Assembly (NCBI GenBank): GCA_965602635.1 | Contig: CBFCZU010000003.1 | Span: 1-53,794, forward strand | Origin: an uncultured Planctomycetales bacterium | Lineage (GTDB): Bacteria; Planctomycetota; Phycisphaerae; SM23-33 | Direction of reading: 5' to 3' | Length of the DNA: 53,794 nucleotides | Shown: in pieces, positions 36,565-45,217 of the stretch | Numbering within the stretch: position 1 is the first letter of the stretch | Layout of the letters: each line of letters begins with the position of its first letter | Program-made: the position numbers and the translations under genes | Notes under the pieces: generated by a model | What the model saw: the letters and a program-made list of their open reading frames with translations, nothing else | Database searches by the model: none | Told to the model about the DNA's origin: nothing

Positions 36565-38932
36565 GCCGGCCAGTCAGACCGTACTGGGTAACCCCCATTT
36601 CGGCAATGACGGCGTGGTTCGGTTCCGCCTGCAAACGGGACAGACCGTGCAGCTGGTTTACTGCATCGCCCAGCAGGCGATGCTTGGCGAACGGTTCGCC
36701 GAGCGCTACGTGGACGGAGAGATCACCACGCCTCACGCGGAGTTTGTGGACATCGATCTGCTTGCTGTCGGACGAGGCGATGCGGTTTCTGAGGCGGCCG
36801 CTCGATGGCTCGCGGAAAACGCAACTGATCTTCCCGGCGGCGGCGCGGGTTGGCTCCATGACTTTGATTTCGTCTATCTGTCTGGGCAGCCGCCGATTGC
36901 CACGGGTTGGCTCTGCGGTATCGGTCAAGCCAACGCCCTGCTGGCCTGCCTCCACCAGTGGCGCCGCACAAGGGATGCCAGATGGGCCGAGCTTGCCCGC
37001 CGCGCCATCGTGCCCTTCACCCGGCCGCTGGATGCCCGGTCAGGGGTGGCATTGCAGGGCGAGGATGGGTGGTGGTTTGAGGAATACCCCCTCCATTCAC
37101 CTGCGCACATTCTGAATTGCCATTTGCTGTGCCTGGTCGCGCTTGATCGCGCGGCACGGCTGCTGGACGCGCCGGAAGCGCAGGAAGCCTTTCAGCACGG
37201 CTGGGACGCCCTGCGGTCGCGTATCGCCTACTATGACAGGCAGGACTGGAGCCGATACGATCTTGCCGGTAGGTTCTTGCTGTTCCTGCGCTTGGTTCCC
37301 TCAATCGCTGGCTCTGTAGCCGTGGGGATGACCAACCTTGAGACGCACGATGGACGCCCGATCATCCGGCTCGATGCCGCTCAAGACACGCCGTGCGACA
37401 TCCCCGGGTCGAGGCTGGCCGGGATCGACTGGGGCCAGGTGGGAGACTTCGGCCGCAAGCCAGGCCGACACGTGCCCAACCGCCAAGCCGCGCACATCGG
37501 GGCGGTCCCTGAAGGCGGTACCGATCAGAACACGTACCTGATCTTCGAGGAGGACCTACCGGCGAGCCGCTGGGCCAGTGGAGGGGTGCGGCTGACCATG
37601 GAGGTCTGCTGCACGCCGGACGCAGAGCTTCGTGTTGAGTACCGCGACCCGAGGGTACCGGGTATGGCGTTCAGGCAGGACTCGGCCGTTCCGCCCATCG
37701 CAGGCGCGGGATGGCAGACGGTCACGTTCGAGCTGCCCCCGAGGCTGATCGGCCCCCCCCTGAGGCAGCACTATCATCGTTTCCATACCGAACTTCTCGG
37801 GACGCTGTTAGAGCGACACGGCGACGAGGAGCTGGAGTCAATCTTTGGCCGATGGCATCGAAGCGATCTCTTTGACTTCATAAGCCCTGAGGGCCCGGCG
37901 CCAGATTTGCCGAAGACAGTCTTCGTTTTCGTCAACAGCAGGTGCAATCTCCGTTGCCGGATGTGTGACGTGGGGAACGACAACTCCGAGGCCTCACTCA
38001 AGCGATTGATGACCCGGCGGGGCGACAACCTCGACCTCGACATGTTCGAGGGAGCCCTGAAATCTCTCCGTTCCAACCATGCGGAGGCCGCGGTTCACTT
38101 GGTCGGGACCGAGCCGCTCCTTTATGACCGATTTGATGCTCTGCTGAAGCGGGCAAGAGAACTGGACGTGCGCACGAGCATGACGACCAACGGCCTGCTG
38201 CTCGAGAACAGGGCTCAACGAATCGCCGAAACCGGTCTCGATCAGATATACCTTTCCATCGACGGGCCGCCTGAGATCCACGATCAGATCCGCAGGCGCG
38301 AGGGGCTTTTCGAGCGCGTATCGCGAGGTGTGCGGCTGCTGAGAGAATGTTGCCGGGCGGCGGGCGCGCCCCCGCTTGAGCTGGTCATAAGCTTCACGGT
38401 CTGCAAGGAGAACCACTTACACATCAGGGAGTTCCTGCAGGCGGTCCGGCCGATGCAGCCTGATTCGGTCGTCATCAGCCATTTGAACTTCGTGACGCCT
38501 GAGATCGCCGAATCGCACAACCGTCGCTTCCCCGGTCTGCGCATCGGTCCCAGCAGCGTCGAGGCGTGGAGAGATTGCTTGCAGATGGATTTCCTGAGCT
38601 TGTTCTATGAACTCGAAGGGGCCAGACGGATCGACTGGACGCAAGTCTCCATCATTCCATTCTGCCCGACGCCCACGCGCCTCCGCTGGTATTACACACG
38701 CCCGGCCTTGCCGATGAGCCGACCCCGCTGCGCCGCGCCCTGGCATTGCGCGCAGGTGCTCTGCGACGGAACGGTGGCTGTCCTCGGTCGATGCTTCGAA
38801 ACCACGATGGGCGACCTGAAAACCGAGAGGCTGCCGGAAATCTGGCATTCGACGGAGTACGAGAGATTCAGGAACTTCCTCCGGGAGCACCCCTACCTGG
38901 AGCCGTGCATGCGATGTTGCGGCAGCTTGTGA
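36548..38932 (+). CDS. D-glucuronyl C5-epimerase-like domain fused to radical SAM/SPASM(twitch) domain
   Basis: 'GQANAL', 'WFEEYP...HILNCH', 'SRYDL', 'YHRFH'; then CNLRCRMC, GTEPLL, TTNG, SIDG, CAAPW...RC...CMRCC. Confidence 0.8.
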   Translation: MKAIGKPASQTVLGNPHFGNDGVVRFRLQTGQTVQLVYCIAQQAMLGERFAERYVDGEITTPHAEFVDIDLLAVGRGDAVSEAAARWLAENATDLPGGGAGWLHDFDFVYLSGQPPIATGWLCGIGQANALLACLHQWRRTRDARWAELARRAIVPFTRPLDARSGVALQGEDGWWFEEYPLHSPAHILNCHLLCLVALDRAARLLDAPEAQEAFQHGWDALRSRIAYYDRQDWSRYDLAGRFLLFLRLVPSIAGSVAVGMTNLETHDGRPIIRLDAAQDTPCDIPGSRLAGIDWGQVGDFGRKPGRHVPNRQAAHIGAVPEGGTDQNTYLIFEEDLPASRWASGGVRLTMEVCCTPDAELRVEYRDPRVPGMAFRQDSAVPPIAGAGWQTVTFELPPRLIGPPLRQHYHRFHTELLGTLLERHGDEELESIFGRWHRSDLFDFISPEGPAPDLPKTVFVFVNSRCNLRCRMCDVGNDNSEASLKRLMTRRGDNLDLDMFEGALKSLRSNHAEAAVHLVGTEPLLYDRFDALLKRARELDVRTSMTTNGLLLENRAQRIAETGLDQIYLSIDGPPEIHDQIRRREGLFERVSRGVRLLRECCRAAGAPPLELVISFTVCKENHLHIREFLQAVRPMQPDSVVISHLNFVTPEIAESHNRRFPGLRIGPSSVEAWRDCLQMDFLSLFYELEGARRIDWTQVSIIPFCPTPTRLRWYYTRPALPMSRPRCAAPWHCAQVLCDGTVAVLGRCFETTMGDLKTERLPEIWHSTEYERFRNFLREHPYLEPCMRCCGSL

Positions 38933-39035
38933 GAAGCGCGGAAGGGATAGCTTGGGATGGCTCACGACAGCCAGGGAGGAAGTGATCGGTGAGGCTGAAC
39001 CGACCCGCGCGCCCTGGTTGCGGTGAGGGTCGGCA

Positions 39036-39189
39036 CGCCCGCCGGGAGACCGCCCGTGACCGATACCACGTACTTTGAGCAAACCGCATTGTGGGGCAAG
39101 CCACCACAATTCTACCAGGTACAAGTCCTCGCGGACATCCTGGAGATCCTGCCGCCTGATGTGCAGAGCGTACTGGACGTGGGCTGCGG
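39036..39189 (+). repeat. 154-bp direct repeat, copy 1 (copy 2 at 42243-42396): RBS plus 5' end of the MTase-GT4 gene
   Basis: CGCCCGCCGGGAGACCGCCCGTGACCGATACC...TGGACGTGGGCTGCGG; about 4 mismatches. Confidence 0.92.
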
Positions 39190-39260
39190 AGACGGCTACA
39201 TAACCAATTCATTGCTGGATCACCTAAAGGTGATGAGGGGGACATCAGCAAGGAGGCCCT
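39056..39260 (+). pseudogene. Chimeric methyltransferase 5' fragment
   Basis: TDTTYFEQTALWGKPPQFY...DVGCGDGYITNSLLDHLKVM, then a frameshift to DISKEAL and loss of homology. Confidence 0.8.
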
Positions 39261-39333
39261 TTGGCGGTCGGGGCGTTTCCGTGATTGGCCCATCGGAGAA
39301 TCAACCATCAACGAGTTTGTCTCTTCGGACAAG

Positions 39334-39536
39334 GCAGAGCCGTGGGATTGTATGGAGATTAACGCGGATGGCAATATGGTTGCCATGTCACGCTGCTGTC
39401 GGCGGACCCTTGGAAACGCGTACGAAGAGAATCTGGGATCAATCTGGGGCGGCGATGCTTATGAGGCCTTTCGGGACTTCTTGCGTGATGGAGGAATTCA
39501 CCCCCCCCGTGCTACCGTTGCTGCCGAATCTTGTGA
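39334..39536 (+). pseudogene. Orphan SPASM/twitch C-terminal fragment paralogous to the end of 36548-38932
   Basis: AEPWDCMEINADGNMVAMSRCCRRTLGNAYEENLGSIW...YEAFRDFLR, frameshift in a C8 tract (39501-39508), then CYRCCRIL*. Confidence 0.8.
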
Positions 39537-39606
39537 TGCGTAAGTCAGTCAGGGCGGACCTGATTCAATGCCGAGGCCCGTGTATTCTTCAAAGGGCAGT
39601 GTGGTG

Positions 39607-40395
39607 ATGGAGAAAGACGTTTGTCATATTCAGTCCTTTGCCGTCATTGGTCTTCCCGTGACCCGACATGGTGTTTCGCTGATTCGGCACGTAGTCGAAG
39701 CGGGCTTGCGTCCGAAATTCGGCCTTATCATTGCGCAAAGAGATGACCAGTTGGAGCGATCTAGCGGCCTGTGGTCGGTACCTGAATGGTGGGAGAAGGC
39801 GGCGGAAGGTTGGTCAGAGACAGAGCCGGCTTCGGAGAGTGGGGCGATAGGCGAAGACAGCGTGGAAGCTCTTTATCGTGTACATCGCGTTCCGTATGTC
39901 TTTGTTCCCGACCTGAACGGCCAGGTTGCGTGCGAGATTATATCACGGGGAGCGGTGGACGCAATCCTTTTGGCCGAAGGTCCAATCCTGAGGGAGCCAA
40001 TCCTCCGGGCATCGCGTTGTGGCGTCGTGAATGTCCATGCCGCGCCTCTTCCGGAATATCGGGGCAACCATGCCACACGTTGGGCACTTTACCACGATGA
40101 GCCGCTGTGCGTGAGCGCTCATATCGTTGACAAAGGGATCGACACCGGACCAATACTGGCAAGACAGCACCTTCCGGTCATGAGAACCGACACGCTGGTC
40201 GACGTTGATGAGCGTGGATTCAAAGTGTGCGGCGAACTGGCTGCCGAGGTTTTTGCCCATGCTATCAGAACAGGTGTGCCAATTCAGCCCCAGCGTCCCT
40301 GGCAAGGGCGAACGTTCAAGGGGCAGATGCCTCGAGAGTTCATCGAAGAATTGGAAAGACGGTTGCGGGATCAGGAGTACTCACACTATGAGTGA
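39607..40395 (+). CDS. Formyltransferase (Fmt-like, probable sugar N-formyltransferase)
   Basis: NVHAAPLPEYRG, HIVDKGIDTGPI. Start 39607 or 39568. Confidence 0.85.
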   Translation: MEKDVCHIQSFAVIGLPVTRHGVSLIRHVVEAGLRPKFGLIIAQRDDQLERSSGLWSVPEWWEKAAEGWSETEPASESGAIGEDSVEALYRVHRVPYVFVPDLNGQVACEIISRGAVDAILLAEGPILREPILRASRCGVVNVHAAPLPEYRGNHATRWALYHDEPLCVSAHIVDKGIDTGPILARQHLPVMRTDTLVDVDERGFKVCGELAAEVFAHAIRTGVPIQPQRPWQGRTFKGQMPREFIEELERRLRDQEYSHYE

Positions 40396-41782
40396 GACCC
40401 ATACGAGGTTGCAGGTTATGATGCCTGGACCTGGCCCGTTTCCATATCAGGAGCATTTGTGGAGATTGGTCGGAGCGCACCTCGGCCTTGCCGTCCGGTT
40501 TGGCTATCCCAGCGAACCTGCCGGGGAATACAGGGTGTTCTGTGGAAGCGGCGGCCCTTCATTGCGGATGCCGTTTGAGGGGGGCGGGGGCGACCTGCTG
40601 GCTGATGGCGTCAGGCTGCATCGAGTGCGGCAGGGTCGGCGGCGCTGGAAAGTTCTTGCCGGGGCGAAAGGGTTGAAGGTCAAGTGTCAGGGGGCTGACG
40701 TGACTGTCAACACTGACCTTATTGGGCCTCTTGGATGGCTGCTTTCGTTAGGAGAGGAAGGTCAGATCTACCGAAGGGACAGGTATGGTCTCTTCCAAGG
40801 CCAGGACAGCGTGCGGCGTCGGATGGGGGCGTTGTCGGAACCGATTTTCGAGAACACAGCCGCTTGGATTGGCGCCGTCGTAGATGCGCCGTTACCGCCC
40901 GCGTACGCCCGCGAAGCCACGTGGGCGGTTGCGGTAAGTTGCGATGTGGATGTGCTGGGGGACGGGTACATTCCGGCAGTGCTGGAATTCCTCGACGAAC
41001 ACCGGGTCGAACGTCCGACGTTCATGATTTGCGCGCACTCCGAAGAAGAGGGGACGATCCGCGACCCGTCCTACGACATCACCACCGATTCTGCGAGCAG
41101 ACTCCTTGAGCCGCTGCGCCAGGCCGACGTGGAGGTCGGATTGCATGGGAGTTATCTGGCGCACGATAGGCCGGGATTCCTGATGGCTCAGAAGTGTCGG
41201 CTGGAACAGTGGTGGGGCAGGTCTGTTCAGGGCCATCGGGCGCATTTTTATCGGTTTGCTTATCCTCGCTCGTGGGCTTGGCAGCACCGCTGCGGATTTC
41301 TTTACGATGCTTCGTTGGGCTATCCCGATCTTCCAGGCCTGCGTTCGGCGTGCGCCTCCCCCACAATGTTCTATGATCATGAGCGCGGCAGTGTGCCCTT
41401 TACCGTCTTTCCCACAGCCGTGCTGGATCAGCACTTCTTTTGGCCAACGCGATGGAGCCGGAGGAAGTTCAGAAAATACATTTCGGCTCTGTTCAAACGG
41501 ATCGCCCGGATCAACGGCGCCCTACTGCTTGATTGGCACACATATACTATCGATGCCCAGAGATACCGGGGCTGGTGGGATAGGTTGGACGAAATCCTTT
41601 CGTGGGCGCGGGAGGCGGGAGCCTGTTCGAGTGGTATAGGCAAGGTGCTGGAGGATTATCGGAGGCGGTGGGAGCGGTGCACGGTGCAATGTCCCGCCCT
41701 GGTACTGGGCGACGGCACAGACACCTTGGACTTGAGCGATCGAAGTGCTAATAATCAGGGCCCTTTCCCGATTGTGAGATAA
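40388..41782 (+). CDS. Polysaccharide deacetylase-like (CE4/NodB-type) protein
   Basis: 'SCDVD', 'EVGLHGSY', 'GHRAHFYRF', 'YDASLGY', 'LDWH'; translationally coupled to the formyltransferase. Confidence 0.8.
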   Translation: MSETHTRLQVMMPGPGPFPYQEHLWRLVGAHLGLAVRFGYPSEPAGEYRVFCGSGGPSLRMPFEGGGGDLLADGVRLHRVRQGRRRWKVLAGAKGLKVKCQGADVTVNTDLIGPLGWLLSLGEEGQIYRRDRYGLFQGQDSVRRRMGALSEPIFENTAAWIGAVVDAPLPPAYAREATWAVAVSCDVDVLGDGYIPAVLEFLDEHRVERPTFMICAHSEEEGTIRDPSYDITTDSASRLLEPLRQADVEVGLHGSYLAHDRPGFLMAQKCRLEQWWGRSVQGHRAHFYRFAYPRSWAWQHRCGFLYDASLGYPDLPGLRSACASPTMFYDHERGSVPFTVFPTAVLDQHFFWPTRWSRRKFRKYISALFKRIARINGALLLDWHTYTIDAQRYRGWWDRLDEILSWAREAGACSSGIGKVLEDYRRRWERCTVQCPALVLGDGTDTLDLSDRSANNQGPFPIVR

Positions 41783-41786
41783 ATGA

Positions 41787-42032
41787 GGCCTTGACGCGAG
41801 TAACTTCATTGGCAAAGGAACTGCTGTTTTCAGGACTGATAGACTTCTCTTGGGCAGAGGCGACTTTGTCGCCAGCGCCGCCATTTTCAAGGACCAGCCG
41901 ACCAGCGTCGAGCTTGAAAGTTATCACATGTTGGATCGTTGCATCCATTTTGCAATTCACCAGGAGGTTGGTGTAGAAATAGAAGGTGGCCTTTGCCATC
42001 AACCTTTCATGGTGGAGTATATGCATGGATAA
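41787..42032 (+). pseudogene. Orphan Wzt C-terminal domain fragment
   Basis: GKGTAVFRTDRLLLGRGDFVASAAIF...YHMLDRCIHFAI aligns with GKHTWELTADRPNLRQGEFVVSAELL...YCHWNRCVVFRI of the intact Wzt. Confidence 0.72.
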
Positions 42033-42285
42033 GAACACAAAAAGTTATTATGACCAACCGGATCTTTGGGGCAAGCCCCCCCTGCTCTACGAGATCCGCC
42101 TTCGGGCGGACATTCAGGCCTTGTGGCCCGATGATATCGGAAGTATAGTGGACGTGGGCTGCGGAGGTGGTTACATAACCAACGCCCTGCTGGCCTGTCT
42201 CCACAAGTGGCGCCGCACAGGGGATGCCAGATGGGCCGAGTTCGCCCGCCGGGAGACCGCCCGTGACCGATACCACGTACTTTGA
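42025..42285 (+). pseudogene. Chimeric ORF: 5' end of a second methyltransferase paralog fused to a 73-bp patch of the C5-epimerase gene
   Basis: MDKNTKSYYDQPDLWGKPP...DVGCGGGYITN|ALLACLHKWRRTGDARWAEFARR; 42179-42251 matches 36930-37002. Confidence 0.85.
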
Positions 42286-42396
42286 GCAGGCCGCATTGTG
42301 GGGCAAGCCACCGCAATTCTACCAGGTACAAGTCCTGGCGGACATCCTGGAGATCCTGCCGCCTGATGTGCAGAGCGTACTGGACGTGGGCTGCGG
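42243..42396 (+). repeat. 154-bp direct repeat, copy 2
   Basis: See 39036-39189; offset 3207 bp. Confidence 0.92.
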
Positions 42397-45205
42397 GGAC
42401 GGGTTCATCACCAACGCCCTGCCCGAGCAGTTGCGGGTAGTTGGGGTCGACATCAGCCAACAGGCCGTGAAGCACGTGAAGCGTGAAACAGTCATCGGCT
42501 CGGCCACCGATCTGCCGTTGCCTGATCGCTCATTCGATATGGTCATGTCGAACGATGTCCTGGAGCACCTGGACGACCAAGAGCTCGCCAAGGCGCTGCC
42601 CGAACTCGCCAGGGTCGCCAAGAACTATGTCCTGCTAACTGTTCCCAACGGCGAAGACCTCAGCGCAAACCTTACCCGATGCGCTGATTGCGGGATGGAA
42701 CACCACATCAACCAGCACAAGCGACCGTTCGACGACCGTGCCATGCGAGAGCTAGCCCCAAGTGGCTTTCGGCTTGGGGAGCTGCGCTGGTCCGGCGACG
42801 TGACGCGCCCTCCCGGCGATCCCACGGCGTACCTTCGATGTCGGGCCGGATACTATCGCATCTGGCCGAACGCTATCTGCCCACGCTGCGGGTCGAGCCT
42901 CCAGAGCTCGCGGCCCGCGGACGACCGACTTCTCTGCGTTACAGATAGCCTTTGGGCCGAAATCTCGGCTGATTACCTAACCGACGTCGGCCCATGGAAT
43001 GACCGCAGCGAGATCATGGGGCTTTATTGTCGGGAGGATGTTCCGTACGTCCGGGAGTCCGCAGAGGCTCGCTGCGAATCGGCCTCGTTGCTGACCGTTG
43101 ATTTCGGCAATCCGCACCAAGTCGCTCGACCGGACTTCGTGCCAGGAGGGTTATGGTCGAAGTTCGTGCCTCCACCAAATGCAAGACAGGATCAACGGGG
43201 GCTCCACATACCAAACGCGAAATCCTCCGCGGTCGTACGGGTGCAGTTGCCGACCTCTGCTTGCCCCGACGACCAGATCATCATCGAGGCGGCTGGGACC
43301 GGCTGCGCCTGGCTGCACGCCGTGGACGGCGTCGCCCTGAAGTCGACGACTTTGGGCCAGCTCCAGCTGACCGGCGGAAGCAGCAGGCACCGGCTCCACG
43401 TCGATAAGCCCTGGCGCCCGAACCGGTTCGGACTGGCAGTTGAGCTCCACGTTCAAGGGACCGTGTGCTTGCGGCGGTTGGAATACATTCCTGACGAGTC
43501 CAGGAGACTCTCGGCCCCGTTCATTTCCCTCGGTCCTGGGCACAACCTCGTGCGCGCGGCGAACGGAGAGTCCTACTGGTCCTGGGGATTCCTGGCCAAG
43601 GCGCCCGGCCGGGTCCCCGCCCCGACGCTGGATCGGCTTTCGCGCTACGCCTCGGAACCAGAGCTTGCCGAGCCGAAGGCATCCGACCTGCTGCAGTTGC
43701 TCCAAAGGGATGACCGCCACGGGGAGAAAGACGAACGTGGTGCCACCGATTCGACCGTTCCCGATGGACAGCAGGAGAAGTCCGAAGCGACGCCCCCGGC
43801 CGACCCGGCCGGAGCCGCCCAGCGGCGGCGTCCCCGCCGCTACGGGTTGCTAGGACGAGCATTGCGGCGAGGAAGGCGGGAACTCCAGTTTCGTTTGACC
43901 AGGCGCCCGGGCTCCAGGGTGCCGACCCTGCCTTTTCCGTGGATGCGGCTCGAGCCATCGCCGCGTCCAGCCGGACCCTCGCTGCGAGTGTTGGTGCTCT
44001 CGCACATGTTTCCACATCCAGACCAGCCGGCGTCGGGGAACTTCGTACTCGAACAGGTTCAGGCCCTCCGGCGGCATGCGGGAATCGACGCCCGGATGCT
44101 CGCGGGACGCCCATTCTGGATGCCCTGGCATGACAACCTGCTCGCCTTGCTGCGCCGCGAAATCGAGTACCTTCGCCTTCGTTGGCAGAGTCGCTGGTGG
44201 GAGTTGGACACTGTCCCTGTCAAGTATTTGCCGTATCGCGTTACCGGTAGGCATTGGATGAGCGGCTGGCTGTACCGGTCAGCATTATTGTCGAGCATCG
44301 AGAGCCTATACAAGTGGTTCCCATTCGACTTGGTGCACGCGCATACGGGGTATCTGGACGGAGGCGCCGGGCTGGCGATCTCCCAGCGGTTTGGGGTACC
44401 GCTGGTGATCACCGAACACACCGGACCATTCTCCCTGCTTATGTGGCATCGGATCATTCGGCGCTGGACGTTGCGCAGCCTCACTGGCGCTAGCGCTGTC
44501 ATTGCCGTCTCGGAAGCGCAGAAGCGAAACGTCGGCGAACACCTGCGCCCGTCAGTCGCAGCGGCGGTTCGGGTCCTGCCCAATGGCGTGGACTGCACCC
44601 TCTTTCGCCCTTCTCGCAACAGGCGACCACGGCCCGAATCGCCGAGGATCGTGTTCGTAGGGTACTTCGTGCCGATCAAGAACCTGCCGGTGCTCTTCGA
44701 GGCCTTCACCCGAGTCCGAGCCGAACTGCCCGGTGCGACGCTCGCGGTGATCGGCGGGGGCGAAACACCCGATCAGCCGCAACGACTTCAGAAGGACCTG
44801 GAGCGTATGGGCTTAGCCGACAGCGTTGAGATCAGCGGATACCAACCTCGCCACGTTATTGCCAGGATTCTCCGTCGGCAGTGTGACCTGCTCGTCCTGC
44901 CCAGCCAGGCCGAAACCTTTGGATGCGCACTGATCGAGGCCATGGCGTCCGGCGTGCCAGTCGTGGCCACACGCTGCGGCGGCCCGGAAGATATCATCAC
45001 CAGTCCGGAACTCGGCGAACTTTGTCGGCCGGGCGATCCCGAAGACTTGGCCAACGCGATCCTCCATGTCGCCCGCAGGGCTGGGCGATATTCGCCAGAA
45101 GCGATCCGCGCTCAGGCTGTGAGACGGTTCTCCTACCGTTCCGTCGCCGATCGACTGGCCGAGCTCTACCGGGAACTAACTGACAGCGCGGCACACAACC
45201 GATGA
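42263..45205 (+). CDS. Class I SAM methyltransferase - beta-rich linker domain - GT4 glycosyltransferase fusion (~980 aa)
   Basis: GTG start with GGGAG RBS; LDVGCGDG, NDVLEHL, two CxxC; C-terminal 'VLVLSHMFP', 'TEH', 'PNGVD', 'ETFGCALIEAMASGVP'. Confidence 0.88.
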   Translation: MTDTTYFEQAALWGKPPQFYQVQVLADILEILPPDVQSVLDVGCGDGFITNALPEQLRVVGVDISQQAVKHVKRETVIGSATDLPLPDRSFDMVMSNDVLEHLDDQELAKALPELARVAKNYVLLTVPNGEDLSANLTRCADCGMEHHINQHKRPFDDRAMRELAPSGFRLGELRWSGDVTRPPGDPTAYLRCRAGYYRIWPNAICPRCGSSLQSSRPADDRLLCVTDSLWAEISADYLTDVGPWNDRSEIMGLYCREDVPYVRESAEARCESASLLTVDFGNPHQVARPDFVPGGLWSKFVPPPNARQDQRGLHIPNAKSSAVVRVQLPTSACPDDQIIIEAAGTGCAWLHAVDGVALKSTTLGQLQLTGGSSRHRLHVDKPWRPNRFGLAVELHVQGTVCLRRLEYIPDESRRLSAPFISLGPGHNLVRAANGESYWSWGFLAKAPGRVPAPTLDRLSRYASEPELAEPKASDLLQLLQRDDRHGEKDERGATDSTVPDGQQEKSEATPPADPAGAAQRRRPRRYGLLGRALRRGRRELQFRLTRRPGSRVPTLPFPWMRLEPSPRPAGPSLRVLVLSHMFPHPDQPASGNFVLEQVQALRRHAGIDARMLAGRPFWMPWHDNLLALLRREIEYLRLRWQSRWWELDTVPVKYLPYRVTGRHWMSGWLYRSALLSSIESLYKWFPFDLVHAHTGYLDGGAGLAISQRFGVPLVITEHTGPFSLLMWHRIIRRWTLRSLTGASAVIAVSEAQKRNVGEHLRPSVAAAVRVLPNGVDCTLFRPSRNRRPRPESPRIVFVGYFVPIKNLPVLFEAFTRVRAELPGATLAVIGGGETPDQPQRLQKDLERMGLADSVEISGYQPRHVIARILRRQCDLLVLPSQAETFGCALIEAMASGVPVVATRCGGPEDIITSPELGELCRPGDPEDLANAILHVARRAGRYSPEAIRAQAVRRFSYRSVADRLAELYRELTDSAAHNR

Positions 45206-45217
45206 GTGACCATCGGA

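Noticed and set aside
39023-39607. 194-aa ORF as a genuine gene
   Set aside because: Chimeric read-through across an MTase fragment and an out-of-frame SPASM fragment.
39036-42396. Diversity-generating retroelement (TR/VR pair)
   Set aside because: No reverse transcriptase in the window; the repeat covers a gene 5' end and RBS rather than a C-terminal variable region, and there are too few mismatches to support adenine-specific mutagenesis.
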